A stretch of 64,000 nucleotides of DNA from NCBI GenBank assembly GCA_052034805.1, contig JBPOID010000001.1:28184-92183 (forward strand). Reading direction: 5' to 3'. A program made the position numbers and the translations under genes. Under the pieces are notes generated by a model, which saw nothing but the letters and a program-made list of their open reading frames with translations, was not told the origin of the DNA and did not search any database. The stretch is from Candidatus Tayloriibacteriota bacterium. Lineage in GTDB: Bacteria; Patescibacteriota; Minisyncoccia; Phycocordibacterales; PALSA-1337. Shown here in pieces: positions 10,466-20,818 of the stretch; positions within the stretch are counted from its first letter, which is position 1; each line of letters begins with the position of its first letter.

Positions 10466-10501
10466 GAAACTCATCATTTACATGGTGAGTTTTCTTTTTT
10501 T
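10466..10501 (+). terminator. Rho-independent terminator
   Basis: GAAACTCATC ... GGTGAGTTT hairpin plus a T9 run. Confidence 0.55.
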
Positions 10502-10542
10502 ATGTGATAATTGATATATATAATTAAATAAATAAAAAAAAT

Positions 10543-12306
10543 ATGTATTTTATATTCTCTTTAATTGTTATAGCGATGGTATTTTATCAGAATGGTCGTA
10601 TAAATGATCTTGAATCATTGATCAATAAAAAACTCAATTCATTTCAAGATAAAAAAGAACCTGAATATACAGAAACTACAGAAGAGATACGGAAAGTTGA
10701 ACAGACATCACAAATTCCACCAAATACTAATACTGGAATTAGAAAAGATGTATCTAGTGAAGAAGTTTCAGGTAGAATATTGGGTAGAATAGGTATTGGT
10801 GCTGTTATAGTTGGTATTGCATTCTTCTTGAAATATTCTTTTGATAATAATTGGGTTAGTTTTTCTGGTAGAGTTATTATAGGTATAATAATAGGTCTAA
10901 TAATTATAAGTATAGGACAATATTTAAGAAATAAATATCTTCAATTTTCTGATTTACTTATTGGTGGTGGTTTGGCCATAATATATCTTTCTATATACGC
11001 ATCATATGCACTTTACAATATAGTAGATCCTGCATTTGCATTCATATGTATGATTGCGGTAACAGTATTGGGTGTAATTATAAGTATAATAAATTCAACA
11101 ATAACTCTTTCTGCTGTAGCTTTTATCGGTGGTTTTATTACTCCAATACTAATAAACGCAGGTAGTTTTGGAGAATTAGTAACTCTAATATATATAACGA
11201 TATTAAATGCGGGAATACTCGGTATAACACTTTATAAAAAATGGACAAATCTAGTAATAGTAGGTTTATCCGGTACATGGATTATATTTAGTCTATGGAT
11301 AAGTACATCATATAATCAAGATTTATTAATACCTACCCTATTATTCTTGCTAATACAATTCTTAATTCTTACAACATCATCAATATACAGAATAATAATA
11401 GAAAAATTAAAAGCTAAACCTATTGATTATTTTGCTATTATTATTACAGCATTTGGATTCGCTATAGCTTGTTACGATATATTGATGCCAATGTATAAAC
11501 ACTATACTAGCTTAGGCGCTGTTATTATATCGGCATTCTATATACTAATATCATTAATTGCATACAAAGAAAATCCAGAAGATAGAACAATAAATATATT
11601 ACTTCCTGGTATTGCAGTTGCATTTTTAACTATAGCTGTGCCTATAGAATTTTCTGGTCCATGGATATGTGCATGGTGGTTTATAGAATCAATAGTACTG
11701 TATATATTAGCTTCCACATCTTCTAGTAGAGGATATCAAATAATGGGTATTTGTGTTTATGTTCTGGGATTATTTGAACTTATGTATTATATAGCTTCTT
11801 ATGATCAGAGTTTGGGTATGATAATATTCTGGAATGGGCCATTTATCATGACTATGATGGCAGTGGCTACAGCATATGTTATTGCATTCTTTTACAAAAA
11901 ATATGGAAGTATAAATACAGAAATACAATCAAGAGGAATAAATGTATTCACAATAATAGCGAATATACTAACCTTATATGCACTTACAACTCAAATAGAA
12001 ATATATTATTCTCATAATTATGAAGATAATTATTCCAGTATAGAAAATTGGTCAAATACTACTATATCTATATTATGGGCACTTTATGCAGCTATACTTA
12101 CAACTATAGGCTTTGGCAAAAAGATAGCAGGCCTAAGAATAATGGGATTGGTATTATTCATAATAACAGCATTCAAGGTTGTTACAGATGTATGGAGTTT
12201 AGGTGAAATATATAGAATAATCTCATTCATTGTTTTCGGAATAATCGCATTAAGTGCATCATTCGTGTATGTAAAATATAAAGATAGATTAATAAATAAT
12301 AAATAA
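10543..12306 (+). CDS. Large polytopic membrane protein (DUF2339-like)
   Basis: N-terminal soluble region followed by more than 15 predicted TM helices. Confidence 0.45.
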   Translation: MYFIFSLIVIAMVFYQNGRINDLESLINKKLNSFQDKKEPEYTETTEEIRKVEQTSQIPPNTNTGIRKDVSSEEVSGRILGRIGIGAVIVGIAFFLKYSFDNNWVSFSGRVIIGIIIGLIIISIGQYLRNKYLQFSDLLIGGGLAIIYLSIYASYALYNIVDPAFAFICMIAVTVLGVIISIINSTITLSAVAFIGGFITPILINAGSFGELVTLIYITILNAGILGITLYKKWTNLVIVGLSGTWIIFSLWISTSYNQDLLIPTLLFLLIQFLILTTSSIYRIIIEKLKAKPIDYFAIIITAFGFAIACYDILMPMYKHYTSLGAVIISAFYILISLIAYKENPEDRTINILLPGIAVAFLTIAVPIEFSGPWICAWWFIESIVLYILASTSSSRGYQIMGICVYVLGLFELMYYIASYDQSLGMIIFWNGPFIMTMMAVATAYVIAFFYKKYGSINTEIQSRGINVFTIIANILTLYALTTQIEIYYSHNYEDNYSSIENWSNTTISILWALYAAILTTIGFGKKIAGLRIMGLVLFIITAFKVVTDVWSLGEIYRIISFIVFGIIALSASFVYVKYKDRLINNK

Positions 12307-12310
12307 AAAA

Positions 12311-13063
12311 ATGGAATCAAATCAAAAAACCCCAGCAATACTAAATATTCCCACAGCCATAATAATAGCCGGCGCTATAATAGCAATTTCTATTATATGG
12401 ACAATGAAACCAGTAAAGGTTACAAATACCGTACAGAAATCAGAAACTGCAACTCTAAAACCTATAGATAAGAATGATTATATACTCGGAAATCCTGATG
12501 CAAAAATAAAGATAGTTGAATATTCAGATCCATCATGTCCTTTCTGTAAAATGTTCCATAATACAATGCGACAAATCATGAATACTTATGGTAAAGATGG
12601 AAAAGTAGCATGGGTGTATAGAGCATTCCCATTAAACAAGCAAGGTACGCGCTCGGACGGAGGAATACTTCATCCAAATGCAGGTAAAGAAAGTGAAGCT
12701 ATAGAATGTGCTGGTTATCTAGGTGGCAATGAGAAATTCTGGGCATATGCTAATCGTCTATACGAAGTAACTCCTTCTGTTACAGGAGATACACCAAATG
12801 GTTTAGATCAAAAAGAATTACCTAATATTGCAAAATATATAGGATTAAATGTAAGTGATTTCAAGGATTGTCTAGATAATAGTAAATTCAAAGATAAAAT
12901 AGAGTCACAATATATAGATGGTGCAAATATGGGTATAGAAGGTACACCTTATAGCATAATGATAACTCCAAATGGAAAGAGTGTTGCTATACCAGGAGCT
13001 TTGCCATATGAGAATATGAAACAAGCAATAGACGCTATATTATCTGATACAGCATCACAATAA
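12311..13063 (+). CDS. DsbA-like thiol:disulfide oxidoreductase (thioredoxin fold)
   Basis: N-terminal TM anchor and a CPFC active-site motif (DPSCPFCKMFH). Confidence 0.7.
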   Translation: MESNQKTPAILNIPTAIIIAGAIIAISIIWTMKPVKVTNTVQKSETATLKPIDKNDYILGNPDAKIKIVEYSDPSCPFCKMFHNTMRQIMNTYGKDGKVAWVYRAFPLNKQGTRSDGGILHPNAGKESEAIECAGYLGGNEKFWAYANRLYEVTPSVTGDTPNGLDQKELPNIAKYIGLNVSDFKDCLDNSKFKDKIESQYIDGANMGIEGTPYSIMITPNGKSVAIPGALPYENMKQAIDAILSDTASQ

Positions 13064-15979
13064 TTTCCTCATTTTACACCATTCACAATCTTTATCTTCG
13101 CAAGAAGAATTCATTATTTTTCCACTCCATATACTTTCTATTAGTTTATCTATTTCTGAATAAACATTTTTTATATCTTCATCATTTATAGTTAAAGATA
13201 TAATAGGACATCTACCCTTTTTATCTGGAGATACGAATACTAATGAAGGTGTTATGCCTTTATCTCTAAAATGGAAATCTCTCTCCAATAGAATCTTATA
13301 GAAAACTAATTGTCTGAAATAATCCTTATCAGAATTCTTTGTATTACCTTTTATTTCATTTTCTGACATACTCTGACGAGTTTTATAATCATAAACATTT
13401 ACCTCATGACCATTATCTATTATGGCATCTAATTGACCGTGTATAGGTATTTCTATAACCTTATCTTGATATTTGCTTTTATATAAGGATCTTATCCAGT
13501 GTTCTGTATATATTGTAACTTTATCTGTACTCCAATGATTATAAAGAGCTTTTAGGAGGTCTGGTATTGATTCTAATAATTCTTTTTTGAGAGTTTCTTT
13601 TTCATTTATAGATAATAATGATTCATTTATATAATCAAGTATTCCTTGGGATAAATCTGATTCTATATTTTCTTTATTTCTATTTTCATTTCTCCAGACT
13701 CTAGATATAGCACTATGCATTGCTTTACCCTTTTCCGAAGATATAGTTCCTGCTTGGGGTAATTTCAATATACTTTGATAAATAAATTTATTTGAGCATT
13801 CCATGAAATGATTCAAAGCAGTTACAGAAAGACCGTTTTCTAGAACTGTATCTTTGGCTAAATTGATTATTTTGGATGAAATAATATCTGATTTCAGATC
13901 TTTTATAGAAATATTTGCATCTTTTCTTGATAAAGTGATTTCTTCTGTATATTTTTTATCTATTTCATTTATAAAGCGCAATGGGGTAAGCACTTTTGCA
14001 TTTGATTCTTCTAAACTAGGAAGTAATGTAACATTTTTCTTCGCGCGAGTAATCGATACATAGAAAAGTCTTCTAATATCTTCTATATCATTTTGTCCGG
14101 CTTGCTTCCTAGGTAAAACGAAACTATAACCTCTATTTTTTCCTATCCAATTCTCATCATTCAAATATGGCATAAAAACATAATCAAATTCCAAACCTTT
14201 ACTGCCATGAGCTGTCATTGCTTTTATAGGAATATCTGGAGCACCAACAGGAATCTTCACTACTTTGTTCTCGGCTGAAAGTCTATACAGAAGCATAGAA
14301 TTTATAAGTTCTATAGGAGTAAATACAGTATCATCATGAGCCAATGATTCTGCCAGAGATATTATTCCTTGCCATACATATATATAAGATGGATCTTTTG
14401 AAATTATTTTTATAAAACCACTATTTTTAGCTATGCTTATAAGTGAAGCTATTATATTTTCATTTATTAAAGACTTTCTTATTTCCAATAATTCTGGTAT
14501 TTTTTCTTCTATTTTTATATCTTTACCGCTTCTAAGAAGCTTTATTATATTCATTCCATCTTCGAACCCGATATTCCAAAGTCCAGATATTATAGTCTTC
14601 GATAATAAATCGATTTTATTAGGATTAACTATGTATTCTATGAGATCAAAAAATAGAATTCCTATAGGATTATGGAAAATATCTATACTTCTCTCAGATG
14701 ATACAGAGATATTCTCTGATTCTAATACTTCTATGATTCTATCTAATTCTCTATTTTTCCTAGTGATAATAGCTATTGTGCTTTGGGGCTCATTCTTTCT
14801 AATGTTTTTTAATTCTTCTATTAGATAATATTCTGTAGCTCTAGTATTCTCTCCTGTTACAATCTTTATTTTATCTTTTGCCTTTTCCCCTTTTAATCTT
14901 ATTCTGAGATCAGAATATTCGTCTAAATGATAATTATTCTCTATCATACTGAAACTAGCATCCAATATATTCTGATGTGAACGATAATTCATATCCAGTG
15001 AAATCATTTTCATGGCTGGCCATTTATTCTTTAGCAACATGAAATTCTCTACAGATGCACCTTGGAAACGATATATAGCTTGCTTTTCATCTCCAACTAT
15101 AAATATATTTGGCGTATCAAAGAATTCAGCTATTATAGAAATAATAGAATTCTGTAAATCGTTTGTATCTTGATGTTCATCAATATGAATATACAGGAAT
15201 TGTTCTTGAACTAATCTTAAAAGCAATTCATCTTCTCTTAATTTCTTCAATAATTCTATAATAAGATCGTCAAAATCAAGCTTTTTAGCCTTATTTTTCT
15301 CTTCTTCATAAAGTTTAAAAACTTCAGAGAAAACAATAGTTTTCTCACATTTTTCTATTCTACTTAATGCTTCTGCTTTCAATTTGCCCTTTGTGGCACC
15401 GCGAGTGGATATGGATTCCTCATCATTTTTTATTCTTTCTATTTCATCTCTATTATATGAAGCCACCATTCTATAATCCATATTATTTTTCTTTGCATCG
15501 ATTATCGTAGATACAATCGCACTCATATATGCATCGGGTTTGCCGAATGGTCTAAGTATAGAAAATTCTTTATTCTCTAAGATTTTTCTAATAATAGATT
15601 CTTTACCAACATCATCTAAAGTTTTCATATCTGATATTTCTGTAAAATGTTCAGGGTGTTCTGCGATAATAGATGAAGCAAAACTATGGAAAGTATGTAT
15701 GCATACATCATGCGCGCGACTACCAACTATTCTTTCAAGTTTCTCTCTTATAGCCTTGACCCCTGCATTTGTGTATGTGATAGCGAGAATTCCATGCGCT
15801 GGAGTATCTGTTTTACGTAAAATATTTGCAATACGTAAAGTGAGTATTGTTGTTTTCCCTGTACCAGGTCCAGCAATAACCATAACAGGTCCTTCGACCA
15901 TATCTACAGCCATTTTTTGGGATTTATTTAATCTTCCATATTCTATATTGAAGACATTTTCATTATTTTTTTCTTTCAT
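13055..15979 (-). CDS. UvrD/PcrA-type helicase fused to a C-terminal PD-(D/E)xK Cas4/AddB-like nuclease with a Cys cluster
   Basis: N-terminal VIAGPGTGKTTIL (Walker A) and UvrD motifs. C-terminal DYKT...QL.FY plus CEDKDCEWCK. Confidence 0.75.
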   Translation of the reverse strand: MKEKNNENVFNIEYGRLNKSQKMAVDMVEGPVMVIAGPGTGKTTILTLRIANILRKTDTPAHGILAITYTNAGVKAIREKLERIVGSRAHDVCIHTFHSFASSIIAEHPEHFTEISDMKTLDDVGKESIIRKILENKEFSILRPFGKPDAYMSAIVSTIIDAKKNNMDYRMVASYNRDEIERIKNDEESISTRGATKGKLKAEALSRIEKCEKTIVFSEVFKLYEEEKNKAKKLDFDDLIIELLKKLREDELLLRLVQEQFLYIHIDEHQDTNDLQNSIISIIAEFFDTPNIFIVGDEKQAIYRFQGASVENFMLLKNKWPAMKMISLDMNYRSHQNILDASFSMIENNYHLDEYSDLRIRLKGEKAKDKIKIVTGENTRATEYYLIEELKNIRKNEPQSTIAIITRKNRELDRIIEVLESENISVSSERSIDIFHNPIGILFFDLIEYIVNPNKIDLLSKTIISGLWNIGFEDGMNIIKLLRSGKDIKIEEKIPELLEIRKSLINENIIASLISIAKNSGFIKIISKDPSYIYVWQGIISLAESLAHDDTVFTPIELINSMLLYRLSAENKVVKIPVGAPDIPIKAMTAHGSKGLEFDYVFMPYLNDENWIGKNRGYSFVLPRKQAGQNDIEDIRRLFYVSITRAKKNVTLLPSLEESNAKVLTPLRFINEIDKKYTEEITLSRKDANISIKDLKSDIISSKIINLAKDTVLENGLSVTALNHFMECSNKFIYQSILKLPQAGTISSEKGKAMHSAISRVWRNENRNKENIESDLSQGILDYINESLLSINEKETLKKELLESIPDLLKALYNHWSTDKVTIYTEHWIRSLYKSKYQDKVIEIPIHGQLDAIIDNGHEVNVYDYKTRQSMSENEIKGNTKNSDKDYFRQLVFYKILLERDFHFRDKGITPSLVFVSPDKKGRCPIISLTINDEDIKNVYSEIDKLIESIWSGKIMNSSCEDKDCEWCKMRKLL

Positions 15980-16137
15980 TTTTATCCTTTTTAATACCCT
16001 TTTTATTGACTTTTATTGTCTTTATTTCCACATTATACACCAAAAAGAAGTTATCCACTTTTTTTCAATTGCAAAGAAAAAATTTTTTTCAGATAATGTA
16101 CAGTCCTAAATATTATTAGTAACATTTTTTCATAAAT

Positions 16138-18291
16138 ATGTTTAAAGAAATCATAAAAAGAAACGGTTCGAAAGTATCATTCGATAAGGACAAAATAGTA
16201 AGAGCAATAGCTAAGGCAGGAATCGCTACAGCAGAGTTTAGAAATGAAGAAGCCGTAAAAATTACGAAAAAGGTTCTAATAAATTTGAAAAGTAAAATTG
16301 GCAAAGAAATTCCTACAGTAGAAAATATTCAAGACTCAGTAGAATTTATATTAATGCAATCAAAATATAAAAGAACTGCAAAAGCATATATTCTATATCG
16401 AGAACAACATGCCGAATTACGTGCCTTTGCAACTTCTGCATCTATAGGCCTAGTTGATAGTTATTTGAATAAAATGGATTGGCAAGTAAAGGAAAATAGT
16501 AATATGGCATATTCCCTACAAGGGCTAAATAACTATATATTTTCAGAGATTAGCAAAACATATTGGTTAAATAAAATATATCCTCTAGAAGTCAGAGAAT
16601 CATATGAAAATGGAGATATACATCTACATGATTTGGGTACTTTGTCTGTTTATTGTGTAGGTTGGGATTTGATGGATCTTCTAAAAGAAGGTTTCAAAGG
16701 TGTACCTGGCAAGGTCCAAAGTGCCCCTCCAAAGCATTTCCGTACAGCTTTGGGTCAAATAGTTAATTTCATGTATACACTTCAAGGTGAAGCTGCTGGA
16801 GCCATAGCTTTCTCTAATTTCGACACTTTACTCGCGCCTTTCATAAGATATGACAATCTAGACTATGATGCGGTGAAGCAATGCATGCAAGAATTCGTAT
16901 TCAATATGAATACACCAACAAGAGTTGGATTCCAAACTCCATTTTCAAATATTACTTTGGATTTGAATCCTTCTGTAAACTTCAAAAATCAAAAAGTTAT
17001 AATCGGTGGACTTCCACAAAAAGATAAATATTCTGATTTCCAAAAGGAAATGAATATGTTAAATAATGCATTCTTTGAAGTTATGGGTAAGGGTGATTCT
17101 CATGGAAGAGTATTCACTTTCCCAATACCAACAGTGAATATAACAAAGGATTTTGATTGGAATGATAAAAATCTAACAGGATTATGGGAAATAACAGCAA
17201 AATACGGTATTCCATATTTCAGTAATTTCATAAACTCTGATATGAAGCCCGAGGATACACGTTCTATGTGTTGTCGTCTAAGACTTGATCTCGGAGAATT
17301 AGAGAAGCGTGGCGGAGGATTATTCGGTGCAAATGCACTTACAGGATCAGTAGGAGTAGTAACTATAAATCTCCCTAGAATAGGCTATCTTTCAAGAAAT
17401 GCAAAAAATCCAAAGAAAGAATTCTTCACAAGATTGGCAAAACAAATGGATATAGCAAAAGAAAGTCTAGAAATAAAAAGAAAAATATTGGAAAAGTTCA
17501 CTGATGCGAATCTATACCCATATACAAAATATTATTTGAGAAATATAAAATCTACATACGGAACATATTGGAAGAATCACTTTTCAACTATAGGTCTTGT
17601 CGGTATGAATGAAGCAACATTGAATCTTATCGGAGAAGGTGTAGGTAGTGAAAAAGGAAAATCTCTAGGTGAAGAAATATTATTGTTCATGAGAACTAGA
17701 CTAGTAGAATATCAGAGGAATACTGGCAATTTATTTAATCTAGAAGCATCCCCTGCCGAAGGTACAGCATACAGAATGGCATTAGTAGATAAGAAGAAAT
17801 ATCCAGATATAATAGTTGCAAATGAAATAGAATTATTAAAAGGAGCACAACCTTTCTATACAAACTCTTCCCAATTACCAGTGAATTATACTAATGATAT
17901 ATTCGAAAGTCTAAGTCTTCAGGATTCCCTACAGACAAAATATACAGGAGGTACTGTAGTTCATCTATTCCTAGGTGAGAAAATAAATGATCCAAAAATG
18001 GTTCCAGCTCTAGTAAAGAAAATATGCGAGAATTTCCATTTACCTTATTTCACTCTTACTCCAACATTCAGTGTATGTCCTGAACATGCATATATAAATG
18101 GAGAACATATGAATTGTCCTAAGTGTAATAAAGAATGTGAAGTATATTCTAGAATAGTTGGATATCTAAGACCTGTAAGTCATTGGAATGCGGGTAAACA
18201 AAGTGAATTTACTATAAGAAAAATGTATTCTATAGAGAATGTGGGCATAAATTCAAAAGTTATAAAAGGCAAAAAAGCTTTAGTAAAATAA
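16138..18291 (+). CDS. nrdD: Anaerobic ribonucleoside-triphosphate reductase (class III)
   Basis: N-terminal ATP-cone, C-terminal glycyl-radical motif SRIVGYLRP, Zn ribbon CPEHAYINGEHMNCPKC. Confidence 0.9.
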   Translation: MFKEIIKRNGSKVSFDKDKIVRAIAKAGIATAEFRNEEAVKITKKVLINLKSKIGKEIPTVENIQDSVEFILMQSKYKRTAKAYILYREQHAELRAFATSASIGLVDSYLNKMDWQVKENSNMAYSLQGLNNYIFSEISKTYWLNKIYPLEVRESYENGDIHLHDLGTLSVYCVGWDLMDLLKEGFKGVPGKVQSAPPKHFRTALGQIVNFMYTLQGEAAGAIAFSNFDTLLAPFIRYDNLDYDAVKQCMQEFVFNMNTPTRVGFQTPFSNITLDLNPSVNFKNQKVIIGGLPQKDKYSDFQKEMNMLNNAFFEVMGKGDSHGRVFTFPIPTVNITKDFDWNDKNLTGLWEITAKYGIPYFSNFINSDMKPEDTRSMCCRLRLDLGELEKRGGGLFGANALTGSVGVVTINLPRIGYLSRNAKNPKKEFFTRLAKQMDIAKESLEIKRKILEKFTDANLYPYTKYYLRNIKSTYGTYWKNHFSTIGLVGMNEATLNLIGEGVGSEKGKSLGEEILLFMRTRLVEYQRNTGNLFNLEASPAEGTAYRMALVDKKKYPDIIVANEIELLKGAQPFYTNSSQLPVNYTNDIFESLSLQDSLQTKYTGGTVVHLFLGEKINDPKMVPALVKKICENFHLPYFTLTPTFSVCPEHAYINGEHMNCPKCNKECEVYSRIVGYLRPVSHWNAGKQSEFTIRKMYSIENVGINSKVIKGKKALVK

Positions 18292-18385
18292 AAAATAGTA
18301 AAATAATAAAATAAAGACATAGTAAAATAAAGACCTGAGAAAAATAAAAACTTGAAAAAATAATCTTTCTTGATAAGATGAGGGA

Positions 18386-19069
18386 ATGAAAATAGGAGGT
18401 TTTGAGAAAAGTACTCTTATAGACTATCCAGACAAAATCGCCTGCATGATATATACTATTGGTTGCAATTTCCGTTGTCCTTATTGTCATAATCCAGAAT
18501 TAGTAGATGAAACAGCCAAAGAAATAACATTAGACAGTGTTATGCGTTTTCTACGCAAACGCAAAGATCTATTAGACGGTGTAGTCATAACCGGCGGTGA
18601 ACCTACTATGCATGAAGATTTGCCAAAAGTTATGTATAGAATAAAGAAAATGGGTTATTTGATAAAATTAGATACAAATGGCACTAGACCAGCAGTAATA
18701 AAAAATCTAATAGATAGAAAACTGGTAGACTATATAGCTATGGATATAAAATCCCCTTTAGATAAATACAGTAATACTGTAGCTAGACCAGTATTGTCCG
18801 ATACTATAAAGCAAACCATAAAGATATTGATGTCTGGAAATGTGGATTATGAATTCCGTACAACAGTTGTGAAGTCTTTACTTTCTCCCGAAGATATGGA
18901 GAATATTGGTAAAGAGATAAAAGGGGCAAAAAGGTATTATTTGCAGAAATATAACGATAGAAAGATACTAAACCCTCAATTCAAGAATAAAGTAACTTAT
19001 ACAGATGAAGAATTCAAGAAATTCAAAAAAACCTTACAAAAATACGTCAAAATCTGTGAAATCAGATAA
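18386..19069 (+). CDS. nrdG: Anaerobic RNR activating protein (radical SAM)
   Basis: CNFRCPYCHN radical-SAM cysteine motif. Adjacent to nrdD. Confidence 0.85.
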   Translation: MKIGGFEKSTLIDYPDKIACMIYTIGCNFRCPYCHNPELVDETAKEITLDSVMRFLRKRKDLLDGVVITGGEPTMHEDLPKVMYRIKKMGYLIKLDTNGTRPAVIKNLIDRKLVDYIAMDIKSPLDKYSNTVARPVLSDTIKQTIKILMSGNVDYEFRTTVVKSLLSPEDMENIGKEIKGAKRYYLQKYNDRKILNPQFKNKVTYTDEEFKKFKKTLQKYVKICEIR

Positions 19070-19118
19070 TGTTCTAAATAGTAGAATAAATAATAATAAA
19101 AATAATAAAATAAATAAT

Positions 19119-20315
19119 ATGAAAAATAGCCCAAAAAATTCATCAAAGAAAATATATTTGGACTATGCTTCTACAACTCCAATAGATGAGGAAATACTTC
19201 GTGGCATGCTTCCCTATTTCGATAAAAAATATGCCAATCCATCTTCTATGTATGAAAGCGGTAGATTGGCACAAAATATCATAGAAGAATCAAGAAAAAA
19301 GATTGCAAAAGTTATAAACTCTAAATCAGATGAAATAATATTCACAGGATCTGGAACTGAATCAGATAATCTAGCTATATTAGGTATAGCTAGAGCATAT
19401 AAAAATAAAGGCAATCATATAATAGTATCTGCCATAGAACATAAAGCGGTATTACAATCTGTAAAATCATTAGAGAAAGAAGGTTTCGAAATAAGTATTC
19501 TAGAAGTAGATAAAGATGGAATGATAGATATAAAGAAATGCATATCTATGATAAAGAAAGAGACAATACTTATTTCTATAATGTATGCAAATAATGAAAT
19601 AGGTACAATAGAACCGATAAAAGATTTGGCTAAAGCAATAAAAGAATACAGGGGTGTAAATGCATTACCATTATTGCATACAGATGCTTGTCAGGCTGTT
19701 GGATATCTCAATATAGATACAGACAAACTAGGCATAGATCTTATGACTATAAATAGTTCAAAGATATATGGTCCAAAAGGTATAGGAATGCTTTATAAAA
19801 AAGCCAATGTGAATATAGAACCGATTATATATGGTGGTAGTCAGGAAAGAGGTATCAGAGCTGGAACAGAGAATATTGCGCTTATACAGGGCTTCGCCGA
19901 AGCACTGATAAAGTCAGAGAAAAATAGAGAAAAAGAATCAGAGAGATTGAGAAGATTACAGCAATATTTCATGACAGAATTAAAGAAAAGAATTCCAAAT
20001 ATAGAATTCAATGGTCATTTGAAATACAGATTACCAAATAATATTCATATATCTATTCCGAGTGTTGAGGGAGAATCTATGTTGCTTATGTTAGATAAAG
20101 AAAATATAGAAGTTTCTACAGGATCAGCTTGTGGAGCATTCGATCTAAAACCTTCGCATGTACTTTTAGCCATACATCAAAACGAAGAAATAATACACGG
20201 TAGTATAAGATTCAGTTTAGGCAAATATACAAATAAAAAAGAATTGGATTATGTATTAAAGGTCTTCCCTCCTATAGTAGAAAAGCTTAAAAATCTATCA
20301 GCAATAAGGAAATGA
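19119..20315 (+). CDS. Cysteine desulfurase (class V aminotransferase, IscS/NifS-like). Start placed at the second Met to avoid overlap with nrdG.
   Basis: LDYASTTP ... SAIEHKAVL ... TINSSKIYGPKGIG (PLP-lysine region) ... SGSACG. Confidence 0.8.
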   Translation: MKNSPKNSSKKIYLDYASTTPIDEEILRGMLPYFDKKYANPSSMYESGRLAQNIIEESRKKIAKVINSKSDEIIFTGSGTESDNLAILGIARAYKNKGNHIIVSAIEHKAVLQSVKSLEKEGFEISILEVDKDGMIDIKKCISMIKKETILISIMYANNEIGTIEPIKDLAKAIKEYRGVNALPLLHTDACQAVGYLNIDTDKLGIDLMTINSSKIYGPKGIGMLYKKANVNIEPIIYGGSQERGIRAGTENIALIQGFAEALIKSEKNREKESERLRRLQQYFMTELKKRIPNIEFNGHLKYRLPNNIHISIPSVEGESMLLMLDKENIEVSTGSACGAFDLKPSHVLLAIHQNEEIIHGSIRFSLGKYTNKKELDYVLKVFPPIVEKLKNLSAIRK

Positions 20316-20818
20316 AAAAAATAAAAACTCTAAAAAATAACAAGAAGAAAGGAAATATAAAAGTTAAAAAGAGTTTAAATAAAACTGGTAAATTGAATAA
20401 TACTTGTCATGATGTAGATGATTGGATATATAGTGAAATAGTTAAAGATCATTTCTTTAAACCAAGAAATATACTCATAGATGATAAGGACTATATAGCT
20501 CATGGTATAGGTGTTGTGGGTAGCCCAGCGTGTGGAGATATGATGGCAGTATGGGTAAAAATAGATGAAAAAACAAAAAGAATAAAAGAATGCAAATGGA
20601 GAACTTTCGGCTGTGCTTCTGCTATAGCATCTACTTCTATGATGTCAGTTATGGCAACAGAGAATGGAGGTATGACATTACAAGAAGCAAAGAGAATGAC
20701 TCCAGAAGCTATTATCAATAGACTTGGAGGATTACCAGATAGGAAATATCATTGTTCAGTATTAGGACATCAGGCCTTAAGAGAAGCAATAGAAGATTAT
20801 GAAGAAAATCGAAAATAA
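20312..20818 (+). CDS. NifU/IscU-like Fe-S cluster scaffold
   Basis: GSPACGDMM, FGCASAIASTS and the conserved Cys triad of the IscU N-domain. Confidence 0.8.
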   Translation: MKKIKTLKNNKKKGNIKVKKSLNKTGKLNNTCHDVDDWIYSEIVKDHFFKPRNILIDDKDYIAHGIGVVGSPACGDMMAVWVKIDEKTKRIKECKWRTFGCASAIASTSMMSVMATENGGMTLQEAKRMTPEAIINRLGGLPDRKYHCSVLGHQALREAIEDYEENRK

